The notes beneath the pieces are model-generated. The model was not told the origin of the DNA, searched no databases, and was given only the letters and a program-made list of their open reading frames with translations. Made by a program: the position numbers and the translations under genes. Of a DNA stretch of 64,000 bases, positions 20,424 to 29,458 are shown piece after piece. The stretch's first letter is position 1. Every line of letters begins with the position of its first letter. The stretch is from positions 152,173-216,172 of the forward strand of contig JBBFKW010000006.1 in assembly GCA_037481835.1 (NCBI GenBank), written 5' to 3'. Source of the stretch: Desulfosoma sp. (GTDB lineage: Bacteria > Desulfobacterota > Syntrophobacteria > Syntrophobacterales > DSM-9756).

Positions 20424-20711
20424 ATCCAGCACTCAGGGCGAGAAGCTCTCCAGGATGCCCTGAGCGCCGAACTCTCCCGCGACAATTCGAGTCACGCATG
20501 CTGGTGATTTTCGGAAAATTTCAGGGTAACAATTGAATATTGGGAAAGTCTGGTTAACTTTGGGGATGTCATTTCACCTTTTCCTACCCCTCATTTCGTT
20601 CTTTTTTCCCTTTTCCAGACAGTCTACGTGCACCATGGAGTCAGGATGTCGCCAGGAGAGGTGCAGGGACAAGACTCTACAAGCCTGGAGGGGCAAAAGG
20701 AAAAGTGAACG

Positions 20712-21086
20712 ATGGAAACAACAAGGGAAAGGCGCCTTCATGAGCGGTTTCGCCTCGCTGGCGATGTTTTCCTCGCTTTCCGACCCAGCTTCGAGAGGGT
20801 GGGAAGAATCCTTGACATCAGCGCCGGTGGGATTGCCGTGGAATACGCTTCAGACCTTGGCCCCCTCGAGCGGGGTGAAGTGCTGGTCGACATTTTTGTG
20901 AAGCATAAGAACACACGAATCCGCAGCCTTCCATGCCATGTTGTCTATGATGTCGAGGAGCCATCGGGTTTCGAATGGGGGGGAGTTGCACTGCGGCGTT
21001 GCGGCTTGAAGTTCTTGGCCCTGGCAGAGGAACACTTTTCGGAACTCAGAGGATTCTTCAGCGACTGCATAATGGCACCAGCATAA
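20712..21086 (+). CDS. Single-domain PilZ protein
   Basis: ERRLHER, DISAGG (DxSxxG), RCGLKF. Confidence 0.85.
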   Translation: METTRERRLHERFRLAGDVFLAFRPSFERVGRILDISAGGIAVEYASDLGPLERGEVLVDIFVKHKNTRIRSLPCHVVYDVEEPSGFEWGGVALRRCGLKFLALAEEHFSELRGFFSDCIMAPA

Positions 21087-21106
21087 GGCCTATCTTCTTT
21101 GGTTTC

Positions 21107-22024
21107 TTACTCCTTGAGGCCTTCTCGACAGGTTGCCAAGTAGCTTCGAAGGTCGGTCTTGGTGTCGGCCAAGTTCAACTTCCTCCGGATGTTTCTCCGG
21201 TGCGTTTTGACGGTGCTTAGCGAAACGTGAAGCTGTCGGGCTATTTCTTCCGTAGTCAGGCCACTCTTGATAAGCGTTGCAACCCGTAACTCTGTGAAGG
21301 ACAACGTGGAGACGATTCTGCCGCTCAAAGCATCCCCGGAGGTCAACTCGTCGATTATTTGTTGCATGGCCGCCTCCAGTTCGGCGGCTTTATCCGCGGT
21401 TCGGGCATTAAGGGCCAGTCGTCCCACTAAAGGCATAATAACCCCGCGTAGTTGAATAGCGATGCGCCTCTCTGTTTCTTCACGTTCCCTGGCGATGTTC
21501 TGAGCGAGAACGGCCATGGCTTTGTTGGTTTTGAGCAGCTGCTCGTTCAGAAATTCCAGTCGGCGGTTTTGCTCCGTAAGGAGCCTTTCGTTTTCGCGAA
21601 GCTCTTCCAGCAAAGCCCTGAGTCGGTCTTCTTTCCGTTTGGCGTCCAAGGCCCTCTCAATGGCATGCTTGAGAATCGAGTAATCAAAAGGCTTCTCAAT
21701 AAAGTCGAAGGCCCCAAGCTTGAGAGCCTGTATCGCTGTATTCTTGTCGGCGTATCCGGTGACCATGATGACCTTTACGGAGGGGAATCGCGTTTGAATC
21801 TGAGGCAGGAAGTCCAAACCGTTGCCGTCCTGGAAATGGACGTCGAGTAAAATGACATCATACTCGGGACGACTCTCTGAAACGCTGAGGACGTGGGAAG
21901 GATGCGGACAGGTGTCGGCCCTCATCTGCCACGATTCAAGGAGGCCCTGGAGGGTTTCACAGATCATGGGCTCGTCGTCGACGACGAGAACCTTGGGCAA
22001 TCCATCGTTCTCGGTGTATTTCAT
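21107..22024 (-). CDS. Response regulator with REC, coiled coil and LuxR-type HTH
   Basis: VLVVDDE, ILLDV, FIEKPF; LSFTELRVA...TVKTHRRNIRRKL. Confidence 0.9.
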   Translation of the reverse strand: MKYTENDGLPKVLVVDDEPMICETLQGLLESWQMRADTCPHPSHVLSVSESRPEYDVILLDVHFQDGNGLDFLPQIQTRFPSVKVIMVTGYADKNTAIQALKLGAFDFIEKPFDYSILKHAIERALDAKRKEDRLRALLEELRENERLLTEQNRRLEFLNEQLLKTNKAMAVLAQNIAREREETERRIAIQLRGVIMPLVGRLALNARTADKAAELEAAMQQIIDELTSGDALSGRIVSTLSFTELRVATLIKSGLTTEEIARQLHVSLSTVKTHRRNIRRKLNLADTKTDLRSYLATCREGLKE

Positions 22025-22153
22025 GGTTGTGCCCTTCTTTCAGGGGTCACTCACGACAAATATGGTTCGACCAAACAGTGGAGACCCTGCCGCACACGAG
22101 TCTTAAAGCTCATCGCATTGACACCCATTAATAGGGCAAAACGCCGGTAGGTT

Positions 22154-23143
22154 TCAAGGAATATCCGGATGGGGGGCTTCCAGTGACCGTTTTGAACGTC
22201 TGCGGCCGCTCAGGGAATTTTTCAGACTATAAATTCTTCCACGGATCCCCAGCTTTCTTCGGATGTTTTTCCTATGCGCTTGCAAGGTCGTGACACTTAC
22301 CCCCAAGTGTCGAGCCAGAATCTCACTGGGCACCCCCTGTTGGACCAGTATGGCGACTCTAAGTTCGGTGGGGCTTAACCTGGCGATCATCTCCGCATGA
22401 ATGCTGGTCGGGTCCGTGAGTCCTTGCAGGGCACACAGGATCATGCTTTTCAATTCCGCGCCCGCAATTGCCGTTTGAGGGTCTTCGGTCATTTTCATGA
22501 TGATGGGCAGGAGCCTGGCCGAAACTTTTTTTCTGACGGATTCCGCAGCCTCCTGCCGCTCCATTTCCATTCGTTCCATGAGAATGGAAAGGGCTTTGCG
22601 CGCCTCAGAAAGTCGCTGCAGAAGGACTTGAAGGCCCCGTTTTTGCCCCATCAGCCGATTTCTGCTTTCTTCCAATCGGGTCAGCTCTTCTTGGAAGCGT
22701 TGCGTCATCTCCAGATCACGGAGCACCATGAGGAAGCGATGTTCAATTACGGTGATGTCATAAGGCTTTTCCACCCAGGCATGAACACCGGGCGGAAGCG
22801 TCGGAACGTCTCCCCCGACTCCCACCGGTCTGCTTATGATGATTTGTGGAAAGGCGTCCCCGTCATGTTGCTTTGGAAGGCGTTTCTTCATGTCGGAATG
22901 GGCGAGGAGCTCCGCCGGCACCAAGACAATGTGGTAAGGCTTAAGCCCTTGGCGAGCTGAGATGTCCCTCGGATGTTGGACCCAATCGGCCTGCAATCCA
23001 TTGGCCTTGGCGCAGCGCAAAACCTCCACGCAGGAATCCCAATCGCTGTCAACAATGAGGACGCGGTATATGCGGCATTCGTCTGTCTGCGTCTTCTGCC
23101 GTCTTGTTCTCACACGGCAACCTCTACTTCCGGTCTCGAGCAA
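22154..23143 (-). CDS. LuxR-type regulator with a degenerate receiver domain
   Basis: C-terminal LSPTELRVA...TLQAHRKNIRRKLG; N-terminal VLIVDSD and EKPY, but HIVLVP where the phosphoacceptor Asp is expected. Start uncertain. Confidence 0.75.
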   Translation of the reverse strand: MLETGSRGCRVRTRRQKTQTDECRIYRVLIVDSDWDSCVEVLRCAKANGLQADWVQHPRDISARQGLKPYHIVLVPAELLAHSDMKKRLPKQHDGDAFPQIIISRPVGVGGDVPTLPPGVHAWVEKPYDITVIEHRFLMVLRDLEMTQRFQEELTRLEESRNRLMGQKRGLQVLLQRLSEARKALSILMERMEMERQEAAESVRKKVSARLLPIIMKMTEDPQTAIAGAELKSMILCALQGLTDPTSIHAEMIARLSPTELRVAILVQQGVPSEILARHLGVSVTTLQAHRKNIRRKLGIRGRIYSLKNSLSGRRRSKRSLEAPHPDIP

Positions 23144-24183
23144 CGGGAAGTGCCATCCGCCGGCATAATCCAGAGCCCTGGTGCCTTAATAGGCCTTTTC
23201 AGCGCGCCGCCGATTTCATGACATTCCGAAAGATATTCATGCCAGCGCACGACCTGGCTTTTTTTCGATCATTCGGTAAGTGCGGGCTCCACACTATCTT
23301 TTTCTTTACAGCGGAAATTTCGAGAATGAGATTTTTCGGGATCAAGCTTTCGTCCCTCCTATACGCTATGAAATTTTTCTCATTCCTTGTAGCCCTTTAG
23401 GTGACATTAATTTTTCCAAGATTTCGCGGCTTCCGGTGCTCCTGTGGCACAATCCCTTCCCCGCCCAAGAGCCATCACACCGGCAATGCCTGCTTGCGCC
23501 ACGCTACGGGAATCCACCAGGCACAAAGGGAAAGCCGTCATCATGCAAGCCCTTCGGCCAATTCAGCTAAGTCACCCCTCAATGTCATCAATCGGCTATT
23601 CATATGCGCTCTTGAGGAATTTTGCAGCTAAGATCCTGGGGCATCCTAGATGCCATCGGGCTGGCAAACACCGAGATCGACAGTCAAGGCTTTTGGATCT
23701 GGATCTGTCTCCAAAAACAAGACGTTTCGCAAAGCCGGGCCCAAGCCTTTAACATATTGTTCTCAAAAACGATTTGCATTGAATGGGTAAGATTTACCGC
23801 ATTGCCTACCACGGCATTTCGATCTGTTTCTCCTGGGGACAACTGAGCGATGGAAAAACCGTATCGAAAGAGGTCCCAGAGCCCGATGGGAAATCTCATG
23901 TCCTCCTGTTCATGGATTCACCGACAGGCCAATTCGATCCCGCAGAGGTTCCTGTAACCGAGTTGGCGAAGCTCTGCCGCAACATGCCCCCCAGACGGTT
24001 CGGCAAGCCGGCCACGCTCATTCGACCGCTTGGATTTCGGGATCGCCTGAGATGCATGAAAACCGCTCCCTTACTCAAACAAACATCAGGCCGGACATGA
24101 GCGTGCTGTGGGGCCTCACTCTGAGAAACTCTTAGATACCTTCAGGCGCCCAGAATTTCACATCACGAAAGGAGGCGAGACAT

Positions 24184-24351
24184 ATGGAACGGACAATTAA
24201 GAAAGCCCCTTATTCATCCCCGAAGCTCACAACATTTGGAAACCTCAAAACCATTACCTTGTTTGGAGGAGGCAGGAGGCATTTTCGAGACCGCTTCAAG
24301 CCGCATGATGAAAAACCCGGGGCGAACAGTCCCCAGCCTTTTACTTCCTAA
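24184..24351 (+). CDS. Lasso-type RiPP precursor peptide (55 aa)
   Basis: Manual translation: MERTIKKAPYSSPKLTTFGNLKTITL-FGGGRRHFRDRFKPHDEKPGANSPQPFTS*. Exact YxxPxLxxxGxxxxxTx leader; AAAGGAGG RBS 8 nt upstream; heads the kinase/ABC/NTase/B1/B2 genes. Below the ORF-track size cutoff. Confidence 0.88.
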   Translation: MERTIKKAPYSSPKLTTFGNLKTITLFGGGRRHFRDRFKPHDEKPGANSPQPFTS

Positions 24352-24497
24352 GCGTTTTGAATCGCCAGGCGATTGGCCAACACTTTTAGGAATCTTACCT
24401 CCTGATGCTTGGAAGGAAGCTGCCCGATCTTCCCGCGCCGCGAGCATTCCGCTCAGGAGCATGACCCTGCTCCAAGAGGCGACCGGAGCGACAGCTC

Positions 24498-25517
24498 ATG
24501 CACACAGAACATAATTATAAGACAATGGCATATGAAGCTTTCGGTTTAACTATAGGCTCTGACATGGTTATTCCGGAACTAGTGAAATCTGAAAGCAGCC
24601 GTTGGGATATTCATGTTCGCAGAGGGCCTGTTTTTTACAGACTCAAAGGGATTGAAGAAGACGGGTACAAGTGTGCCATGACGGCCAATGAAGCCTATTT
24701 GGAATGGAAGATTGTGGGACGCTTCGCCATTCTAAACGGCAAACACATCACCGTGGACCCGGCCCCGGGTGTGGACGAATCGGTCATTCGGGTTCCCTTG
24801 CTTGGCATGGTCATGGCCGTTGCCCTCATGCAGCGCGGGCTGCTGGTCCTTCACGGGAGCGTGCTGGGGATGGGAAAAACGGCCGTCGCTTTTCTCGGAG
24901 ACAAGGGTTTTGGGAAATCCACGTTGGCGGCGGCCCTCTATGCTCGGGGCCATCGGCTGATTTCCGATGACATCCTGGCCATCACGGCTTCATCGGCCAA
25001 ACGCCCCAGGGTTTGGCCGGCCTTTCCTCAATTCAAGCTGTGGCCCGAAGTGATCCCCTCGATTTTCGGCTTGAAGGCAGAAGAACTCCCCAGGGTCCAT
25101 CCGGAAGCGGAAAAGCGGATCCTAACGGTAGCGGAACGCTTTGAGAGACAAGTCCTGCCGCTCAGCCGCATCTACATCCTGGACGCCGGGCCGTGTGCTC
25201 GAATAGAATCTCTCCCGCCCCAGGAAGCCCTCATGGAGATTATCAAGAATTCCTACTTGGCCCGGTTTTCGGACCAGGCGGACCGAAGTGCAGAGGCTCT
25301 GCAACTGCGCGGCTGTTCGAATCTTCTCAAGTTCGCATCCGTCTTCCGATTGATTCACTGTTTCAGCCTTTCCAAGCTGGAAGAACTGGTGGAAATGGTG
25401 GAGGAGCACGCGGGAACAGCAACTCATTCAACCCGCGGCTTGCAACGGAGGGTCGTGGAGGAACCAGTCAGCGTGCCGGAAGCGGCGTCGTCTTCCGCCG
25501 GGAGCGCACAGCCTTGA
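24498..25517 (+). CDS. HPr-kinase-like peptide kinase (paeninodin PadeK type)
   Basis: YEAFGL, LVLHGS, P-loop GDKGFGKST, ISDD; lasso-cluster context. Confidence 0.85.
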   Translation: MHTEHNYKTMAYEAFGLTIGSDMVIPELVKSESSRWDIHVRRGPVFYRLKGIEEDGYKCAMTANEAYLEWKIVGRFAILNGKHITVDPAPGVDESVIRVPLLGMVMAVALMQRGLLVLHGSVLGMGKTAVAFLGDKGFGKSTLAAALYARGHRLISDDILAITASSAKRPRVWPAFPQFKLWPEVIPSIFGLKAEELPRVHPEAEKRILTVAERFERQVLPLSRIYILDAGPCARIESLPPQEALMEIIKNSYLARFSDQADRSAEALQLRGCSNLLKFASVFRLIHCFSLSKLEELVEMVEEHAGTATHSTRGLQRRVVEEPVSVPEAASSSAGSAQP

Positions 25518-27349
25518 TGAAGAAACCGTCAAACCGGACCGCTCTTTTTCATCTTCCGGAAACCCTCCGTCTCGTATGGGGGGCATCCCCGAAGTGCACA
25601 ATTCTATGGGGGACTTTGCTCGCCGTTCAAGGACTCCTTCCGGTCGTTCCCCTTTATCTGACCCGAAGACTGGTTGACGGATTGGTCGAAGCGGTCAACG
25701 CAAGCGGGGCCTGGCCTGTGATGAAGCCCTTGGCCGTGATGATCGGGCTCCTGGCGTTGACTATGCTGCTGATCGAACTGGTCCAATCGGTCTCGGAATC
25801 GGTGCGCGTGGCGCAATCCGAGCTGGTAAGAGATCACATTGCCGGCCTCATCCACGAAAAGTCGGCCGGCGTTGATCTGGCCTTTTATGAATCTTCTGAT
25901 TACTACGACCATCTGCATCGGGCCCGTGACGATGCCGACGGCCGATGTCTTGCCTTGATGGAAAGCGTCGGGAGTCTGGCACAAAACGGGATCACACTCG
26001 TGGCTATGGCTGCGGTCCTATTGCCTTACGGGTATTGGGTGCCGTTGGTTTTGCTCGCCGGGACGCTGCCTGCTTTTTTGGTCATCTTCTACTTCGACAG
26101 GGCCTACCACGACTGGTGGAAGCGCAGCACTCCTGATCGGCGTTGGGCGGATTACTATGATTTTATGCTCACCCACGCCACTACGGCCCCGGAAATTCGT
26201 TTGTTCGGCTTAGGAGACCCTTTCAGGCAATCCTATCAGAGACTTCGACGGAGCCTCCGTGCCGAACATATCAAGATCGTTCGCCATCGCAGCGCGGGTC
26301 GCTTCGCCGCAGGGGCCTTCGCTCTGTTGTCCACCGGCGCGGTGATGGGAATCATGGTCCTTAGGGTCACGAAGGGGCTTGCCACATTCGGCGACCTGGC
26401 CCTCTTTTACCAGGCCTTCACGCGCGGGCAGAATCTGATGCGTTCCCTGCTGAGCAATCTCGGCCGGATTTATACAAACGGCTTGTTTCTGAACAACCTT
26501 TTTGAGTTCTTCAATTTAAAGCCTCAAATCACCGACAGTTCCAAGCCGCTTGGGGCTCCCCGAAAACTGAAGCGCGGCATCCGGTTCCATCAGGTCACTT
26601 TCCGCTATCCCGGAAGCGACAGGAAGGCTCTGGACGGTTTCGACCTGTTCATCCCCGCCGGACAGACCGTGGCCATCGTCGGCGCCAACGGCGCGGGGAA
26701 AAGCACATTGGTGCGCCTTCTTTGCCGGTTTTACGACCCCGAGTCCGGAAGCATCGAATGGGATGGTGTGGATGTAAGGCAAATGCCCTTGCAGGACCTT
26801 CGCCGAATGGTGACGGTGCTGTTTCAAATACCGGTCCCCTACCATGCCACGGCTTCCAGGAATATCGCGTTGGGGGACATCGCCGCCGAAGGTGATCCGG
26901 CAGATGTGGAGATGGCGGCGCGATTTGCCGGAGCCCATGAAATCGTATCCCGCCTACCTCGCGGCTATCAGACCCTCTTGGGCAAATGGTTTGCCGACGG
27001 CACGGATCTTAGCGCCGGCGAATGGCAACGCATAGCCCTAGCCCGGGCATTTTACCGGAAAGCTCAGATCGTCGTCCTCGACGAGCCCACGAGCTTCATG
27101 GATTCATGGGCCGAAAAAGAATGGTACGACCGTTTTCAAACACTTGTACGAGGGCGTACGGCGGTTCTGATCACCCATCGATTCACTCTGGCCAGACGGG
27201 CTGACATCATCCATGTCATGAGCGACGGCCGGATCGTCGAATCCGGGACGCACGACCAGCTTTTGGCATGCAAAGGATTATACGCTGAAGCCTGGGGGGC
27301 CCAATGGGGCCATGACAAGCTTACCTCCTGCGCATTAGCCGAGGCGTGA
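25517..27349 (+). CDS. ABC exporter, fused permease and ATPase
   Basis: TM N-half; GANGAGKST, LSAGEWQRIALARA, LDEPT, ITHR; ATG overlaps the kinase TGA. Confidence 0.92.
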   Translation: MKKPSNRTALFHLPETLRLVWGASPKCTILWGTLLAVQGLLPVVPLYLTRRLVDGLVEAVNASGAWPVMKPLAVMIGLLALTMLLIELVQSVSESVRVAQSELVRDHIAGLIHEKSAGVDLAFYESSDYYDHLHRARDDADGRCLALMESVGSLAQNGITLVAMAAVLLPYGYWVPLVLLAGTLPAFLVIFYFDRAYHDWWKRSTPDRRWADYYDFMLTHATTAPEIRLFGLGDPFRQSYQRLRRSLRAEHIKIVRHRSAGRFAAGAFALLSTGAVMGIMVLRVTKGLATFGDLALFYQAFTRGQNLMRSLLSNLGRIYTNGLFLNNLFEFFNLKPQITDSSKPLGAPRKLKRGIRFHQVTFRYPGSDRKALDGFDLFIPAGQTVAIVGANGAGKSTLVRLLCRFYDPESGSIEWDGVDVRQMPLQDLRRMVTVLFQIPVPYHATASRNIALGDIAAEGDPADVEMAARFAGAHEIVSRLPRGYQTLLGKWFADGTDLSAGEWQRIALARAFYRKAQIVVLDEPTSFMDSWAEKEWYDRFQTLVRGRTAVLITHRFTLARRADIIHVMSDGRIVESGTHDQLLACKGLYAEAWGAQWGHDKLTSCALAEA

Positions 27350-28623
27350 CAATGAACCGAGACGACGACAGAGAAATTTTCTCCTCCGTGAGGCCTGAAA
27401 TGGAGTTGCTCGTCCGATGCGTCGGCCTCCATGCCCACGAGCGCTGCTCGCAACGCATCGAGGAACTCCTCAAGGCAGATCTGGATTTTGATTATCTGGT
27501 CCAGCTGGCCGTGCAGCATCGTGTTATTCCCTTGTTAGAACGCGGTCTCGCAAACGGCCACGCCCGCAACCTGCCTGCGTGGTTCCTCCAGGAACTCAGG
27601 GAACTGCGTTGGTACAACACGCTGCACTCCTTGGCCATGCTCGAGGAACTGCTTGCGGTTTTGCGGATCTTTCGCTCCCATCATATCCGCGCCATCTCCT
27701 ACAAGGGCCCTCTTCTTGCCGAATGCGCCTATGACGATCCCGCCCTGAGGCAGTTTTTCGACTTGGATCTCATTGTCCCGCTTCAAGACGTCCCGTCTGC
27801 AGTGGCTCTTCTTGAATCGCGGGGCTACTATGTGAAACGCGAATTAACGTCCCCTATCAGGACGCGCTCTCTGAAGAGCGACCTGCATCCCCATCATGAG
27901 TACGCGCTGAGCAACCCCACCACCGGCGTGACCGTAGAGTTGCACTGCCTTTCCGGCCCACGCGCTTACGCCTATCCGCTGAACCCCCAAACCGTCTGGA
28001 AACAGGTCGAAACCGTGCGGATTGGAGAAGACACCCTGGACACTCTGCGAGCCGAAGCGATGGCATTGATTTTGTGCATTCACGGGACGAAACACCGCTG
28101 GGCCTGCCTGCAGTGGCTTTGTGATGTCGCGGCCCTGATCCACTCTCACCCCGATTTGGACTGGGACTGGATTCTCAAGACAGCTTTCCTTTCCGGAAAC
28201 GAGCGAATTCTTCTCCACAGCCTGCTCTTGGCCCGGCAGTTGCTAGGAGTTCGGCTTCCGCCGGAGATTAATGCTCACATCCATGCGGATCCCCATGTAC
28301 GTAGACTGTCGGTCCAGGCTCGAAACCACCTCTTTCAGACCGGTGACGTTTCGTCGGAATTGGTGGCCTCGGCGCTTCGTTATCACTTCGAAACTCTCAC
28401 CTCAGGAAAACACAAGACCGCTTTTGTCCTCCACAAAATCCTCTATTCCTTCAATCAATCTTTAACGTTGCTGATGCCCACCGAAAAAGAAAGAAAATTA
28501 GCAGCGCTGCCGGAATTTCTGACCTTTCTTTACTTGCCCCTGCGTCTCGCTCGGCTAGCCGTCAAGTATTCCTCGATGGCCCTTCTTCGTCGATACCCAT
28601 CGAACACCGTCGAGGGCTTCTAA
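27346..28623 (+). CDS. Nucleotidyltransferase-family protein (NTP_transf_5 type)
   Basis: YKGP...Y...RQFFDLDL, VELH, LCIHG...WLCD motifs. Confidence 0.8.
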   Translation: MTMNRDDDREIFSSVRPEMELLVRCVGLHAHERCSQRIEELLKADLDFDYLVQLAVQHRVIPLLERGLANGHARNLPAWFLQELRELRWYNTLHSLAMLEELLAVLRIFRSHHIRAISYKGPLLAECAYDDPALRQFFDLDLIVPLQDVPSAVALLESRGYYVKRELTSPIRTRSLKSDLHPHHEYALSNPTTGVTVELHCLSGPRAYAYPLNPQTVWKQVETVRIGEDTLDTLRAEAMALILCIHGTKHRWACLQWLCDVAALIHSHPDLDWDWILKTAFLSGNERILLHSLLLARQLLGVRLPPEINAHIHADPHVRRLSVQARNHLFQTGDVSSELVASALRYHFETLTSGKHKTAFVLHKILYSFNQSLTLLMPTEKERKLAALPEFLTFLYLPLRLARLAVKYSSMALLRRYPSNTVEGF

Positions 28624-28652
28624 CCCGAGTAAATATCTCGCGCGAGGTTGCC

Positions 28653-28958
28653 ATGAGCAAGGAAAAGACCATCGGACCGGAAACGATTCTTCGAGCTTCT
28701 CAGAATCAGGTTTCCACGGATCTGCAAGGGGAAACGGTTATCTTGGATCTCAAGTCGGGGGTCTACTACGGGCTGGATGCCATCGGGACTGAGGTCTGGC
28801 GCATGATCCAGAAACCTCGGAGCGTAAAGAGCATCCTAGAAGCGCTCCTGAACAAGTACGAGGTCGCTCCCGATCGTTGTGAAATGGATCTAGTTTCCCT
28901 TCTTGAAGATTTGCACGCCAACAACCTGGTTGTGATTCATGATCAAGAAACTGCGTGA
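28653..28958 (+). CDS. PqqD-family RiPP recognition element (lasso B1)
   Basis: DLQGETVILDLKSGVYYGLDAIGTEVW...YEV...DL; 101 aa. Confidence 0.9.
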   Translation: MSKEKTIGPETILRASQNQVSTDLQGETVILDLKSGVYYGLDAIGTEVWRMIQKPRSVKSILEALLNKYEVAPDRCEMDLVSLLEDLHANNLVVIHDQETA

Positions 28959-29430
28959 TTTTCACGAACTGCCGCCTCGGGCGAAGAAATTCTGGCTGGC
29001 CGCCGCGTGGCTTGCTCTAGCGATGCGATTGCTCTTAACGATTGCCCCTTTCCCTGTACTTCGGGCTTTGGTCGCAAAGCTCCACAAGCTCCACGATGTG
29101 TCTCACAGGGTTGATGCGGATACACTCAATGAGATCGCCTGGGCCGTGAGGTCCGCGGCCCGATGGGTTCCCATTCGCGGGACGTGCCTCATTCAGGCTC
29201 TTGTCGGGCAGATTCTCTGCGCGTGCTGTGGGCAGCCTGTCACTTTGTGCATCGGCGTCACAAAGAGCAAGCAGGGGACTTTCGAGGCCCACGCCTGGCT
29301 TGTGACAAGCGAAGGAAAAACACTTATCGGGCAAGTGCCGAATCTGAAGTATTTCGTCCCCTTTGAGGGGGTGTGGGCGGAAAACGGCGCAAGGAGCCCC
29401 GCGAGACCGCCAACGTCTCTCGCGCATTGA
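28939..29430 (+). CDS. Lasso peptide B2 transglutaminase-like leader peptidase
   Basis: TCLIQAL (catalytic Cys), IGV, FEAHAW (catalytic His); overlaps B1. Confidence 0.88.
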   Translation: MIKKLRDFHELPPRAKKFWLAAAWLALAMRLLLTIAPFPVLRALVAKLHKLHDVSHRVDADTLNEIAWAVRSAARWVPIRGTCLIQALVGQILCACCGQPVTLCIGVTKSKQGTFEAHAWLVTSEGKTLIGQVPNLKYFVPFEGVWAENGARSPARPPTSLAH

Positions 29431-29458
29431 TGTTCGCCGCACCAAGGAGATTTATGTT

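Noticed and set aside
23445..23560. Sigma-54 promoter candidates in the divergent region
   Set aside because: TGGCAC at ~23445 lacks the -12 GC, and the minus-strand candidate has 11-nt rather than 10-nt spacing.
23660..23900. c-di-GMP-I riboswitch-like fragments (GGCAAAC...CGCAAAGCC; GGAAAAACC..GAAAG)
   Set aside because: Spacing and pairing do not fit the GEMM architecture by eye; an Infernal scan would be needed.
24236..24514. 92-aa ORF from the track overlapping the precursor
   Set aside because: TTG start with no RBS or motif; the overlapping frame from 24184 has a strong RBS and an exact lasso leader.
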